64,000 nucleotides of DNA from Glycera tridactyla (Eukaryota), in NCBI GenBank assembly GCA_965644265.1, contig OZ286460.1, positions 126,046,001 to 126,110,000 of the forward strand, given 5' to 3'. Of the stretch, positions 1 through 11,249 are shown in pieces (the first letter of the stretch is position 1; every line of letters starts with the position of its first letter). The notes under the pieces were generated by a model. It did no database searches, was not told the DNA's origin, and was given only the letters and a program-made list of their open reading frames with translations. A program made the translations under genes and the position numbers.

Positions 1-1335
1 GGAGGGTTGAAGTAATTCGGCAAGATCAACATATCGATCTTGCCAAATGTCAATGCGAGTTTGAAGGTCTACACAAAAACCGATAGGCAAACCCGCCGTT
101 ATGATTCTCCTTGATTCGGGATTGTCTAATGTAGCCACACCTGTTTGTTGTGAAGAAGGTATGGCACTGAAACCAGAATTTTGAAAGGAAGTTTGTCCAG
201 AGGTGTCAGAATCGCGAAAACCAGAACGCAGTGCTGCTTGAGAGTATGCTGCAGAAAAGGCATCGCCTCGTTCTGAGATGTTTTTGCGCATATTTTCCAA
301 AGCTTGGAATGTAGACATGTTTTGAGTTGGTTGAGCCGACGAAGTATTTTGTGAAGTACTGGAATGAAATTGATCATTTACGTCTGAACAAAGTCCTTGA
401 AAACTGAGGCCTGAACCCGGACGAAATGAATTAGAACGTAACCTATGATCAGTGTCAAAAGAAAAAGGCTCATTACGAGATTGTGATACATTGCTATCAG
501 AGAATGTGAAATTGACATGTGGAATGCTTGTGGAAGAACCAGACCCGGCGAAGGCGGGAGATAGACACCGTTCATCTAAATCGCCCCTGACGCTTATGCC
601 AGGAGGTAGAGAAGAAAACACAGGAGAATGCGAAGTCAAATTACCTTGAGATGAAGGTTGTGAAGTCGAACCCACGCTTCCGTTATTTGAGTTGCCAGAA
701 GGAATAGCTGCCAATTGGTTGATCTTGGCTTCAATATTGACCATAGCCTTTGAAAGCGAATCCATATGTTGAGTGGCAGATGTCCAGGTAGTATGGAACT
801 CCTGACGTAATTCATTGACGGAATTCCTGTATGAATTAGAAACATTTTGGTTTGTAAGTGAAGAGACAGATGGTGCATTGTGTCCAGCAAAAGATGATGG
901 AGGGTTGAGAAAAGAACTAGATGAGCTAAAGATATTAGTCATCGGACGACCAGTTCCTCCCATAGCGTGTCTGTTTTTAATAGAGCAAGCATTGGCAGCA
1001 TGCCTTTGCAAACGAATAAGATTGTTATTAGACACCGGATTCTGAGAGACCAAGATGGGACCTCCCTGAGATGAAGTCCTTGTAAAAGTGTCAGTTTGAG
1101 ATGTAAACTGATTGGGTTGCCCACATGGGATTTGTGTAAGATCATCCGGTCCATTGATCTGTGTAGGCGTGCAAGATGTCACGCTTGGGTTACCCAGCAA
1201 ATTAAGGAAAGGATCCTTACTGTTAAGGTTGCCATCAACCGGATTAAAACCATATGTGTCAGGAGGTCCACCTTGTGCTGCAGGTTTTCTTTTTACTCTA
1301 TCATCCAGGTCCTCTGGAGGGCCGCGCTTCGCCAT
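1..1335 (-). CDS. Gag-like ORF1 of a tyrosine-recombinase (Ngaro/DIRS-type) retrotransposon, open off the left window edge
   Basis: I checked the minus frame codon by codon: no stop from the ATG at 1335 to position 1 (445 codons, MAKRGPPEDLDDRVKRK...). The long S/N/Q-rich region ends in AGLPIGFCVDLQTRIDIWQDRYVDLAELL, resembling the IW..YVDL..LL motif of Ngaro/DIRS Gag. Absent from the ORF track because no stop falls in the window. Confidence 0.7.
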   Translation of the reverse strand, partial: MAKRGPPEDLDDRVKRKPAAQGGPPDTYGFNPVDGNLNSKDPFLNLLGNPSVTSCTPTQINGPDDLTQIPCGQPNQFTSQTDTFTRTSSQGGPILVSQNPVSNNNLIRLQRHAANACSIKNRHAMGGTGRPMTNIFSSSSSFLNPPSSFAGHNAPSVSSLTNQNVSNSYRNSVNELRQEFHTTWTSATQHMDSLSKAMVNIEAKINQLAAIPSGNSNNGSVGSTSQPSSQGNLTSHSPVFSSLPPGISVRGDLDERCLSPAFAGSGSSTSIPHVNFTFSDSNVSQSRNEPFSFDTDHRLRSNSFRPGSGLSFQGLCSDVNDQFHSSTSQNTSSAQPTQNMSTFQALENMRKNISERGDAFSAAYSQAALRSGFRDSDTSGQTSFQNSGFSAIPSSQQTGVATLDNPESRRIITAGLPIGFCVDLQTRIDIWQDRYVDLAELLQPS

Positions 1336-1453
1336 CTGGTAACAAAAATAAATTTCCACAAGCAAACACTGACAAAAAGTAACATTTTGTTTAGTTAAAA
1401 TTAAAAGTAGTATTTAAACAAACAGAATCAATACATAACACAGAAATCCCATT

Positions 1454-2162
1454 TCAGTACAGGCCACGGCGGGTGCGCATACCGCGAACCGCCCGTCCCA
1501 ATTCTGGTAAACAAGAGAGTATGGCTAAGCGCATTTGAAGTGTGTACCTTCTGAAGTATTTTGATTCCTTCTGCGGAAGGAACCCATCTTCACTCCAGTT
1601 GTGAACTGTATGTGGTGTCAAAGGTTCCAAACGACCGAAACCCTTTGTGTTATGGAACCTGAATCCAAAGTTCATTTGACATGCTGCATCTAATCTGCAA
1701 TTGAAATCTAGTGCTTTTGAGCGAAAGGAGTCGGGGACATATGAACGGTCGAGAATTGACATGAAACAGACCATTTCCGTGGTCTTGCCACCCAGAATGG
1801 TAGCGCCTATTTCAAAGAGACAGTCCGCTAACGTACGGCCAGATTCGTCAGAACGGAGGAGGTCATTGGAACCTATATCAATAAGTACCACATCTGGCTC
1901 AAGGGCCGCCAGAGCTAGAAGCTCGTCTGAAATTTGTGTATTTCCTGGGTATTCCTGAAAGTAATGACTGTAACGGAAATTTATCTCTTGAAAGGATTCC
2001 GAAAGGCTTAATAGCCGTGCGTTAACTAAGCCACGAGAGATATTGCCGTTATCCACTTCAGCAGCATAACCTTGTTGCTGAGTAAGTTCCAATAAATGTT
2101 CATCCTGTTGGCGAATAAATTCATGTCCCAAAACCAGTACCTTGGGTTTCCGGCCCAATCAT
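1454..2162 (-). CDS. SGNH/GDSL hydrolase-fold protein of retrotransposon type, catalytic residues replaced
   Basis: 234-aa ORF with block I VLVLGHEFIR, block III PDVVLIDIGSNDL and block V EDGFLP. The nearest ATG (2162) is 1 nt out of frame, and an in-frame TGA lies directly before the TTG at 2158. Confidence 0.8.
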
Positions 2163-2286
2163 TGTTGGACCGGAATGTACGGTGACTTAGGACGAAAGGT
2201 AGCCATGTGCAAAGAGGATATTGAATATAACAAACGTCACCTTTGCCGTCTGGGCTGAAATGGGACGATTGACATACGATCGAGCC

Positions 2287-2326
2287 CTTATATAGGGCGA
2301 CTGTACCGCCCTCTATACCGGAAGTG
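2287..2326 (-). promoter_or_regulatory. Candidate Pol II promoter: TATA box plus ETS-type motif
   Basis: TATATAAG on the minus strand at 2287-2294, about 125 nt upstream of the SGNH ATG; CCGGAAGTG at about 2318-2326. Confidence 0.4.
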
Positions 2327-2580
2327 ACCTAAAATCATAAATATCAAATTGTATTCAACTATCAAGACATATAAAGAGCAGGCAACATAAACATATAGTG
2401 AACAATTGATTTTTAGGAAAATTATTTGGATTTTTAGAAACAATTAGTATTAAGTCGTATCCGAAACTAGAAGATCCTGTAGATTGTGGCAAGGCAACGT
2501 ACCAGTAGTACCAACTACCTCCGATAGGTACCCACACAATTTTGCCTCCGTTTTGCAAAAAGATATCTCCGAAGGAAATA

Positions 2581-2836
2581 TTATTTCACGCTAGTTTCGC
2601 GGTATCTCCGTTGCTTCACATACTGATGACAGACAATAATGCCGGCAGATTCGTCGTAAAATGCAATGAAATGATGGTGTAACCCTCTTCAGAAGCATGC
2701 AGTCCAGCCAAACCCAGGTTCGATGACCGTCGGACGACCTGAAAAAATCATCCGTGCCATTAAAACTGTAATCGGTCATCTAATTGCGAAGTTAGCGTCT
2801 GAAATGTACCCGCCATATTTGGATTTGAGAGTTTAG
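2581..2836 (-). mobile_element. MITE family A, partial
   Basis: Ends in cccgccatatttggatttgagagttt, the family-A terminus; body aligns to 3793-4233. Confidence 0.75.
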
Positions 2837-3792
2837 CTTATTCGCGCGTCTCGCTGCTAGGTGGAGCTGCAGTAGCGAGCTCCCTCACCGCCACCTCGCG
2901 TCGAGGTGCGACATGAAGCGTGTTGCACATGTGAGACACTCACATGCGGTGGATCATGCTTTGCACAAGTCCTGATGAAAACCGCGGGCATCATGGAGTT
3001 ATAGCACTGATGAGCAGAAACAGGGTTCACAAATGAGTAAGTACATCAGGTCCTCTTATCCCATGTGACTGAATATTTGGCNNNNNNNNNNNNNNNNNNN
3101 NNNNNNNNNNNNNNNNNNNNNNNNNNNNNNNNNNNNNNNNNNNNNNNNNNNNNNNNNNNNNNNNNNNNNNNNNNNNNNNNNNNNNNNNNNNNNNNNNNNN
3201 NNNNNNNNNNNNNNNNNNNNNNNNNNNNNNNNNNNNNNNNNNNNNNNNNNNNNNNNNNNNNNNNNNNNNNNNTCTTTATGGTGAGGTGGTCTTTAGAGGA
3301 GGTTCGACTGTAATAATGATAATGATGATAATAATAATTCAAATATATTTGGTCAAGAAAGGGTCATGTTCGACTACAGGCTTCACATGAATCTACGTTT
3401 GATCTGAAGAAGAAAGCGAGAAGATAAAAGCCACGGCTGTCCTTGGGGAAAGGTGTGAACAACACCATCGGTACTCCTCCATCAAGCTACCATGCTTCAG
3501 TGATTTATCTATCTGCTCACTCAAGCATGGAAGCTCTATGGGCTTTGGTTGACATCACATAAGTAGTGCGGTTGTGTGGAAGCCACGGCTCAAAGGTATA
3601 GTATGGTTTTGTGGAAGCCACGGCTCAAATGGTATGCAGAAAAGTTTGCTGAGTATGAGTTCTCCACTGGTTTCAATGCTCATATGGAGCCGTTGATAGC
3701 GCCGCTTGTCCAGGGTAACTTAGTTGCTAGGGGCCGTTGTCGAAATTCCCCCCGCTCATGGTGCTCACCCGCCTTCTCGCGAGAGGTCTATT

Positions 3793-4233
3793 AAAGTCTG
3801 TCAAATCCAAATGTGGCGGGTACGTTTCAGACGCTAACTTCGCCATTTCTGGTCCGATTTCAGTTTCAAAGGCACGAATGTATTGAGGAGATCTTCCGAC
3901 GATCGGCGAATCAGGTTTCATGGACTCTGTATGCTTTTGAAGAGGATTAAGCCATCATTTCATTGCATTTTAACAGCGAATCTGCCGCCATTATCGCCGA
4001 ATATTTGTATGCGAAACAGTGGAGATACGGCCGCCGCACCTGCCGCGAAACCAGCGTGAAATTGACATATTTGGCGTTTTGAGATGAAATGAGCAAGGGA
4101 ACTTCGCCGAGATTAAATTTCTAGCCATCGGACATGTAAACAAAGCCTGTCAGCAAGTTTCATTTCAATCGGAACCGAATTCGCGATGCTGAGGCGAAAA
4201 ACGTACCCGCCACGATTAAGCTTGACAGACTTT
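3793..4233 (+). mobile_element. MITE family A, full length (~440 bp); possibly Kolobok-like (ttaaAG...CTtta)
   Basis: Imperfect 35-bp TIRs: aaagtctgtcaa-N8-gtggcgggtacgttt at both ends. Confidence 0.85.
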
Positions 4234-4482
4234 AGCCACCCTGTCTCATCTGTTTCAATTATTTTCATGTTATCACTGAAATCCCCTTTACTCTACTTTG
4301 TGAAATGTGCCCCGACAACAAGAATGCGCCATCTTTGTTTAGCTTCAATTCCCACTGGTACCCTGTCTATCAGCACACCACTTCACATGTCAACTGAAGC
4401 TTGGGTACCAGTCAGCCAGTAAACAACAAACGGAGTCCCGGCAAAACTCCCTGTTTGGGGAGTGTTTCGAGCGATATCACGT

Positions 4483-4905
4483 AAAGTCTGTCAAATCCAA
4501 ATGACGCTGACTTTGTCAATTTCCGTCTGATTTGACTTCTAATGGCACGACTAGATTGTACAGGTCTTCCGGCGATTAACGAATATAGTCTCGGGTGGTA
4601 TGTATGCTTTGTAAGAGGGGTACACCATCATTTCATTGCATTTTTCGTCGAATACGCCGCAATTATCGGCGATAATTTGTATGCAAAACAGTGGAGAGAC
4701 GGCCGCCGCACTCATCGCGAAACCAGCGTGAAATCGACATATTTTGCGTTCAAAGGTAAACAATAGAGTGGAACTTTGCCGTGATCACATTTCCAATCGT
4801 CGGAGATGTCAACAATGTCCGTCTGCAAGTTTCGTTTCAATCTGAAGCGAATTCGCGATGCTAGGGCGAAAAACGTACCCGCCACGATTAAACTTGGCAG
4901 ACTTC
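4483..4905 (+). mobile_element. MITE family A, near full length
   Basis: Both termini present (aaagtctgtcaaatcc ... aacttggcagacttc). Confidence 0.8.
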
Positions 4906-5325
4906 AACACTTCATCACATAGAGAATACAGGCAGTCTGTTCAAGTGTGCCCGTACATCTGCTTGTTTCGGAGGAGGCGTCCGTCTTTATTCCGACGGGC
5001 CTTGCCCATATCAAATCATCTTAATGAGGACTCATTAGTCGGGTGTGGCGCACATCGGAAGGCGGCCATTGATAAATACATAGAAATCCCCACCTACCGA
5101 CGTTATGTATATAGACTCTAGCCTAAATACCACCTATTGCTCGCAATACCCTTCAATTAGGCGGCAAATATGCTTATCACACCTTTTCTCTTCGTGTGAA
5201 GGGCGTGGGCCGGCTTTTGTTAGCGCAAGATATGTAACCGTAATAGGAGATGATGAGGAATCGATACCAGATGCATAGCATTTGTGCGCCAACACCCCAA
5301 ACCAAACCCGCACACGCACACATAT

Positions 5326-5329
<4 letters not shown>

Positions 5330-5387
<58 letters not shown>

Positions 5388-5850
5388 TTTTTAGTGATAG
5401 AAATCATGCCAGAGACATATTTCCAGATTGTACTGGCAACAGGTCCATGAAATGTGTTCCAAACGCCCAAATTATGTTTTGGCTTGTATGGTATTTGAAC
5501 CATCAACCTTCCAGTTTGGCACCCTGGCCAGCAACAAACTGCCAATGCTTTTGTCCTCTACACCACGGCGGATCCACAAAAATTGATTCACTATGGATGC
5601 ACTCAAGCCAGAGCGCTGCCAGTGTGTTACCCCCAGTTAGTCAATGTATCACGAAACCTGGCACTCACATTCGCACACATTTTTTTAGTGATAGAAATCA
5701 TGTCAGAGACATATTTCCAGATTGTACTGGCAACAAGTCTATGAAATGTGTTCCGAACGCCCAAATTATTTTTTGGCTTGTATGGGATTTGAACCATCAA
5801 CCTTCCAGTTTGGCACCCTGGCCAGCAACAAACTGCCAACGCTCTTGTCC
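5330..5850 (-). mobile_element. tRNA-derived SINE (family C), two tandem ~294-bp units, (TG)n tail
   Basis: Minus strand has A-box-like TGGTGTAGAGG and B-box-like GGTTCAAAT(A/C)CC. The body repeats at 5386 and 5679, and the second head runs into a gap. Confidence 0.7.
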
Positions 5851-6342
5851 NNNNNNNNNNNNNNNNNNNNNNNNNNNNNNNNNNNNNNNNNNNNNNNNNN
5901 NNNNNNNNNNNNNNNNNNNNNNNNNNNNNNNNNNNNNNNNNNNNNNNNNNNNNNNNNNNNNNNNNNNNNNNNNNNNNNNNNNNNNNNNNNNNNNNNNNNN
6001 NNNNNNNNNNNNGCCCAAGCCCAATCATTTTGTGTTCATACAGGGTTTTGACGGCTTCATATACAAGTATATGATTCAGATTTCAACAAAGTCCTATCTG
6101 TACAGGGCATAATCAAAATACATACATTACCACAACTAGTTACAGTCAATATATAGTGGTAGATAGCAGATTGTAGGTTGTTGTCACAGGTTGGTAATAT
6201 ATGGGCGGATACTAGCGCCCAAGGCGAGGTGGCATTCACCGAACGTCTTACGGTATCTCACAAATATTACAATACATTCTACCATTTATTGAGAATATGC
6301 AGCATTCCCAACATTGCAGACTGCAGGAGGGTGCTGGAGTAA

Positions 6343-6527
6343 TTGTTTGTACTTGTTTGTTTGAGGCATGTATCAACGCAAGTGTTATGTATGCCGTGTG
6401 TTCCTGGTTAATGAAAGCTAGATGTTCTATCCCCTGCAGACATCACTCTCACAAACCCTGAACACCAGATGATGGGGAACCTGAAAGGTTGTCAAGTGGA
6501 AGTAACTGACAATTCAGACACACCTCT
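6343..6527 (-). mobile_element. Family B copy 1
   Basis: (ttgt)n, then ...gttcctggttaatgaaagctagatgttctatcccctgcagacatcactctcacaaaccctgaacac... Strand given as the inferred retroposon sense (tail AAAC on minus). Confidence 0.8.
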
Positions 6528-6899
6528 GCTGGAGTCACGATTTGGGTGGCGAACAAAAGTGGAAAAGTAGGAGGTGGCATTCAGGGTGTTGGCTCCTTTC
6601 TGCACCATTCTGTTTTTCTGTCACGTGTCTCTGTTGGTAGGTTTCCCTTTGAAAATCGCAAGGCTGCCTGAATCTCCCTAATCTTTCATCAGTCCATCAT
6701 ATTGTCTTGATCCCCTCCCCGATAACCGCCTGCCTCCCAAAATGATTTTTGATCTTGGTATGTCGAGAAAAGACCCCTTTTGTCTCCCGGTTATTGGTCC
6801 CTTCTGGTTTACTCAAATGATTCAAAGGTGGTGAATTCGTGTCATGTACTGCTAGTAAGGTTTGGACCGTAATCCACACACCTAATGATGCGCACTTAC

Positions 6900-7330
6900 G
6901 GTAGCTTTCGATCCGTATCATCGGACCTTTCTCTGACTGACTGACGGGGGCGGAGATTTGGTGAACGGTCAGTCATGTGACACGATCCCAGAAGAGATTG
7001 AGTCACATGTCTGAACCAGCTGTTCGTAGATGGCTGGAATCTGGTGCCTTCCCCTGTCCCAGTTGAGCTGGGCATTGTTGGTGTCGATGTGTACCGCTCT
7101 GTGTACTTCTCTTATGGATGTCGTGTATTCCCCGAAACACTGCGATTCAGACATGTTTATTACGTCATGTCTTTAATGTGTCGAACCCCAGTTCGTTGTG
7201 CATTTCCCCTGTGCTTCATAGGGCTTCTGCTTGCAATATCATCCGCCGACCGGCATTCTGTAATGCGTTCTTTGAGTCATTTACCTCTATGTGTCATATG
7301 ACACGTCACAGTGGTCTATATCCGGTAAGA
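6900..7330 (-). pseudogene. Penelope-like element 3' relic: GIY-YIG C-terminus plus degenerate hammerhead-like motif
   Basis: LKERITECRS and REVHRAVHIDTNNAQLNWDRGRHQIPAIYEQLV resemble the end of Penelope GIY-YIG. It is followed by stem GGTCCG/CGGATC plus GAAA at 6903-6943. Confidence 0.55.
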
Positions 7331-7378
7331 CCAGGGGCTTGTATAAGCATGGGTGCTGTTTCTTGAGCGATGACAGAT

Positions 7379-7505
7379 AAAGTCTGTCAAGTTTGATCGT
7401 GGCGGGTACGTTTTCCGCCCTAGCATCGCGAATTCACTTGAAATATAACTTGCAGACAGACCTTGCTGTGATCTCCGACGACTAGAAATATGATCGCGCC
7501 GAGGG
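7379..7505 (-). mobile_element. MITE family A, one end only
   Basis: aaagtctgtcaagtttgatcgtggcgggtacgttttccgccctagcatcgcg. Confidence 0.75.
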
Positions 7506-8039
7506 ACTAAAACAAGAACCAATGACAGTGGAGACTTCTGTATTGGGATTGATTTTTGGTCATTTGTGTGTACTTTCATTGGAGAAGTTCATCGCTGAAC
7601 CCGGTTAATATGGTTTCTATGTGGAGTTTCATATTCAGATGATACTAATACCAGTATTTCACTCATTCTTCACAATGCTTATTTAAAATACTCTCGCTGA
7701 ATAGGGCAGATCATGCTAAATCCATCAATGTATTTTGTGTGTGTGTGAAACATAAATCAGTGCCATGCGTTGAACAATTTAATGTAAAAGGAATCACTTT
7801 ACAGACTTTACCTTTGTCAGTTTACCCGCCTGCCGATCTTGTCAATTTCTGGGTGTGTTGTCTGTGCAGCGAGAGATCAAAGAGCGCCGCGAGAGCGGGA
7901 GATCCGCATTCTTCCGCATCGCCGATATTCCACTCATTTTGGCGGTTATCATGGGATAAACTTGAATGCCAACAAGAAAGTAGCAAGCTGCGAGAAGAAT
8001 TGTGGCTATACACATGCTGACAGAGTAGATCAGGGAGAC

Positions 8040-8440
8040 TAAGCTGATTATGGTGAGCCTAAACCATTTTAGCATTTAAACCCTTTTCGAGGGAATACAT
8101 CAAACACTTTCCATGACGAAATGAACATGGTGATGGGCTCTGTGAGAAGTGAGAGTACTGGACAGTGGCAGATGCATCATTCCCCCTCACTTTGAAATTG
8201 ACATAAACCTTGTTGATTTCCTTGCCACTTCTTTGAAGTAGCCCTCTGCTTTGAAATTGACAACCTTGTTGATTTCCTGAACTCCAACTGAAGGCACTCT
8301 GCTGCTTTGAAATTGACACACACCTTGTCAATTTCGTCACCTGCCTTGAGCAGCCACTCAACCAGAACTTCCCCAGAAGGTCTTTCCATGTACATTTCAT
8401 GAAATTCAATTACTGACCACTTTACCTGCCTCCAAACATC
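8040..8440. repeat. Unclassified repeat with three 31-bp palindromic units (second copy at 23960-24335)
   Basis: ctttgaaattgaca-N-accttgt(tg/ca)atttc at 8190, 8249 and 8305, with 28-bp linkers. Confidence 0.75.
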
Positions 8441-8564
8441 TGCCATTTCAACTCTGACTATATTAGCCACATGCTGGATATAGTCCAAAACAACAACCGC
8501 TGACTTACAAAAGGCCCAATCATGCAAGAATGTTGGCAAATGTTGTTTCGTCATAGACAGAGCT

Positions 8565-8989
8565 AATGTGGCGGGTACGTTTTTCGCCCTAGCATCGCGA
8601 ATTCGCATCAGATTGAAATGAGACTCGCACACAGACATTGTTGACTTCTCCGATGATTAGAAATGTGATCACGGCCATGTTTCCTTGTATATTTCACCTT
8701 AGAACACAAAATATGTCAATTTCACGCTGGTTTCGCGGCAAGTGCGGTGGCCGTATCCCCACTGTTTCGCATACAAAAAAAATCGCCGATAATGGCGATG
8801 AATTTGCCGAAAAAAGCAATGAAATGATGGTGTAACCCTCTTCAGAAGCATGCAGTCTAGCCAAACGCAGGTTCGATAATCGCCGGAAGACCTGTATAAT
8901 CCATTCGTGTCATTAGAAGTCAAATCAGACGAAAATTGACGACGTTAGTGTCTGAAACATACCCGCCACATTTGGATTTGACAGACTTC
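8565..8989 (-). mobile_element. MITE family A, near full length
   Basis: gtggcgggtacgtttttcgccctagc ... cccgccacatttggatttgacagactt. Confidence 0.8.
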
Positions 8990-9149
8990 ACCAGTCGATG
9001 TGGGAAGATGTGAGCTACCTTAAATGTGACTATAGTGTCATTTTCACTACACTTCTGTCAGGTAGGTTGAATCCAAGAGGACAGCCCCCATGACCTGACC
9101 CTGTCTGGTAACCAATTGTGGTCCAGCAGCCGAGGCTGCTGGCCACAAT

Positions 9150-9430
9150 TTGGAAATATGTCAATTTCACGCTGGGTTCACGATGTGTGCGGCGCCGTAT
9201 CTCCATTATTTTGCATACAAATAAGCGCCGATGATGGGGCGGATTCGCCAAAAGATGCAAAGAAAAGATGGTGTAATCATCTTCTAAAGCCTACAGACAG
9301 CCCGTGACTAGTTCGATGATCGCCGGAAGATCTGTACAACCCTTTCGTGCCATTGAAAATATCACCAGACGAGAATTGACGAATTTAGCGTCAGAAATAT
9401 ACCCGCCAATTTTGAATTTGACAGGCTTTA
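9150..9430 (-). mobile_element. MITE family A, partial
   Basis: Body and one terminus (cccgccaattttgaatttgacaggcttt). Confidence 0.7.
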
Positions 9431-9861
9431 GTTTGCCGCTGCAATTTTCAACCGAGTAATTTATATGGTTAGTGAACGAAAGGGTACAGCCTAGCCAGAC
9501 TTTAGCCACCCAGTGCGCTTTCTTCGCATTAATAGTGACTTTGTTTCTGTGGAACCAGCTTTACAGCTTGCAACTGTAATTCTAAATCCGGTGTTTGCCC
9601 TTTGTAGTATATGGCGGTATTGTCCGTATACATTTTATGTCACAACTGGGAACATTTGCAGGGAGATAATTTATAAAAATTACCAGGAGCAAAGAACCCC
9701 ACAGTTAATATCAGAATCTTTTGAACGGACATTACCAAATTTTGTATCCTGTGTTCTATTCTAAAAGTAATTTTCGAACCATTTCAAGCTATCGTCATCT
9801 ACACAAGCAAACACACGAACGGGCACGTGCACGCACGCTCAAATTCACTGCCCCCTCGCAA

Positions 9862-9932
<71 letters not shown>

Positions 9933-10221
9933 CCATGTGCCCCTCGTCGATGAAAGTTAGATATTCTCTCCCCTGCAGACATCATTCTCACAAACCCTTG
10001 ACACAAGATGATAGGGAACAAGATTGTCAATTGGAAGTAGCCAGCAGTTCAGACACACCTCTACCTATCTGACATGAACATGATGAATCTCAAAATGGCG
10101 TGCCTAACTATGTGACTGGCCTGAAGCTGGTACTCACACCTGGTAGCTATGCTCCATTTCGAGCAAAACGACATGTTTGAAAGAAGGAGAAACAATGGGT
10201 CTGGAGAATAATCAACCCATG
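9933..10221 (-). mobile_element. Family B copy 2 (abuts (CA)n at 9865-9930)
   Basis: gatgaaagttagatattctctcccctgcagacatcattctcacaaacc... Confidence 0.75.
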
Positions 10222-10245
10222 TTTGCACTCACAGCTTCACAAATA

Positions 10246-10503
10246 CAGTCAAACTTGTCCTAAGCATGAAGCTGCGGGACGTGAGTAATGTGTGTGCTCA
10301 GAGCAAGGGCATGCTTAGTATACAGTCAAACTTGCCCAAAGCAAGACTTGTACTAAGCAAGAACTTGTTCTAAGCAACAGAATTCTGTTCACCCTACCAA
10401 AGTATTTATCACTATATCTGACCTGTTCTAAGCATGAACTTGCTCCCCCCCCCCCCCCTCTTTTTTACTTCCCGTGGCTTCATGCTTAGGACAAGTTTGA
10501 CTG
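10246..10503. mobile_element. Tc1/mariner (pogo-type) MITE
   Basis: 27-bp perfect TIR cagtcaaacttgtcctaagcatgaagc with TA on both flanks; an extra internal left end near 10323. Confidence 0.85.
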
Positions 10504-10619
10504 TAAGTCAATTATAGTGAAAGATACTTTGATGAGATGAACCGGATCCTGTTGCTCAGGACAAGTCTTGCCTAGGACAAGTTCAGTTGTAAGAGTTCCC
10601 CCCCCCCCCCCCCCCAGCT

Positions 10620-10998
10620 AAAGTCTGCCAAGCTTAATCGTGGCGGGTACGTTTTTCGCCGTAGCATCGCGAATTCACTTCACGGCCTATCTCTCTTGTA
10701 TATTTCACCTTGAACGCCAAATATGTCAATTTCACGCTGGTTTCGCGGCAGGTGCGGCGGCCGTATCTACGTTGTAAACATAGGGAAGGCCGGGCGATAA
10801 TGCCTGTGGATTCGCCAAATAAATACAATGAAATGATGACGTAATCCTCTTCAAAAGCATACAGGATCCCTGAAACCTGATTCGATAATCGTCGGAAGAC
10901 CTCCTCTATACATTCGTGCCATTAAAACTGAAATCGGACAAGAAATGACGAAGTTAGCGTCTGAAACGTACCCGCCACATTTGGATTTGACAGACTAT
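10620..10998 (-). mobile_element. MITE family A with internal deletion
   Basis: Both termini present. Confidence 0.8.
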
Positions 10999-11249
10999 AA
11001 TTCTCACCTGACCAGTCCCACTAGTAGGATCTGTCTTTATTATCTGATATGCTCAGTCACAGGTGAATAAAGGCTGGTGTCCGTTACATACAGAGGAGTT
11101 GTATAAATTTCTTGTATTACCACATGTGCAATACAGATTTCTGTATTCACTCCTAGGTCACGTGATCAATATTAGCGAATCACATTCGAGCTTCACCCAC
11201 AACAGGCCACCGACACCCAAAAAAGAGAGAGAGAGAGAGTAAGGGGGAG

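Larger units (their letters stand above)
1..2330 (-). mobile_element. 5' part of a Ngaro/DIRS-like retrotransposon (promoter, SGNH, gag); RT/RNaseH/YR expected left of the window
   Basis: Co-oriented SGNH and gag-like ORFs 118 bp apart. SGNH domains are known accessories of Ngaro elements. Confidence 0.6.

Noticed and set aside
2355-2558. 67-aa minus ORF upstream of the retrotransposon promoter
   Set aside because: Short, no recognisable motif, and its left neighbour is a MITE.
3007-3028. ctgatgagcagaaac as a hammerhead ribozyme
   Set aside because: No stem II and no convincing stems I/III.
8190-8335. CRISPR array
   Set aside because: Animal context, no cas genes, only three units, linkers partly similar to each other and identical in order at both loci.
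8177-8638. 153-aa minus ORF that looks protein-like
   Set aside because: It starts inside a family-A MITE and crosses a 59-bp-period palindromic repeat; the frame is not kept in the second copy at 24 kb.
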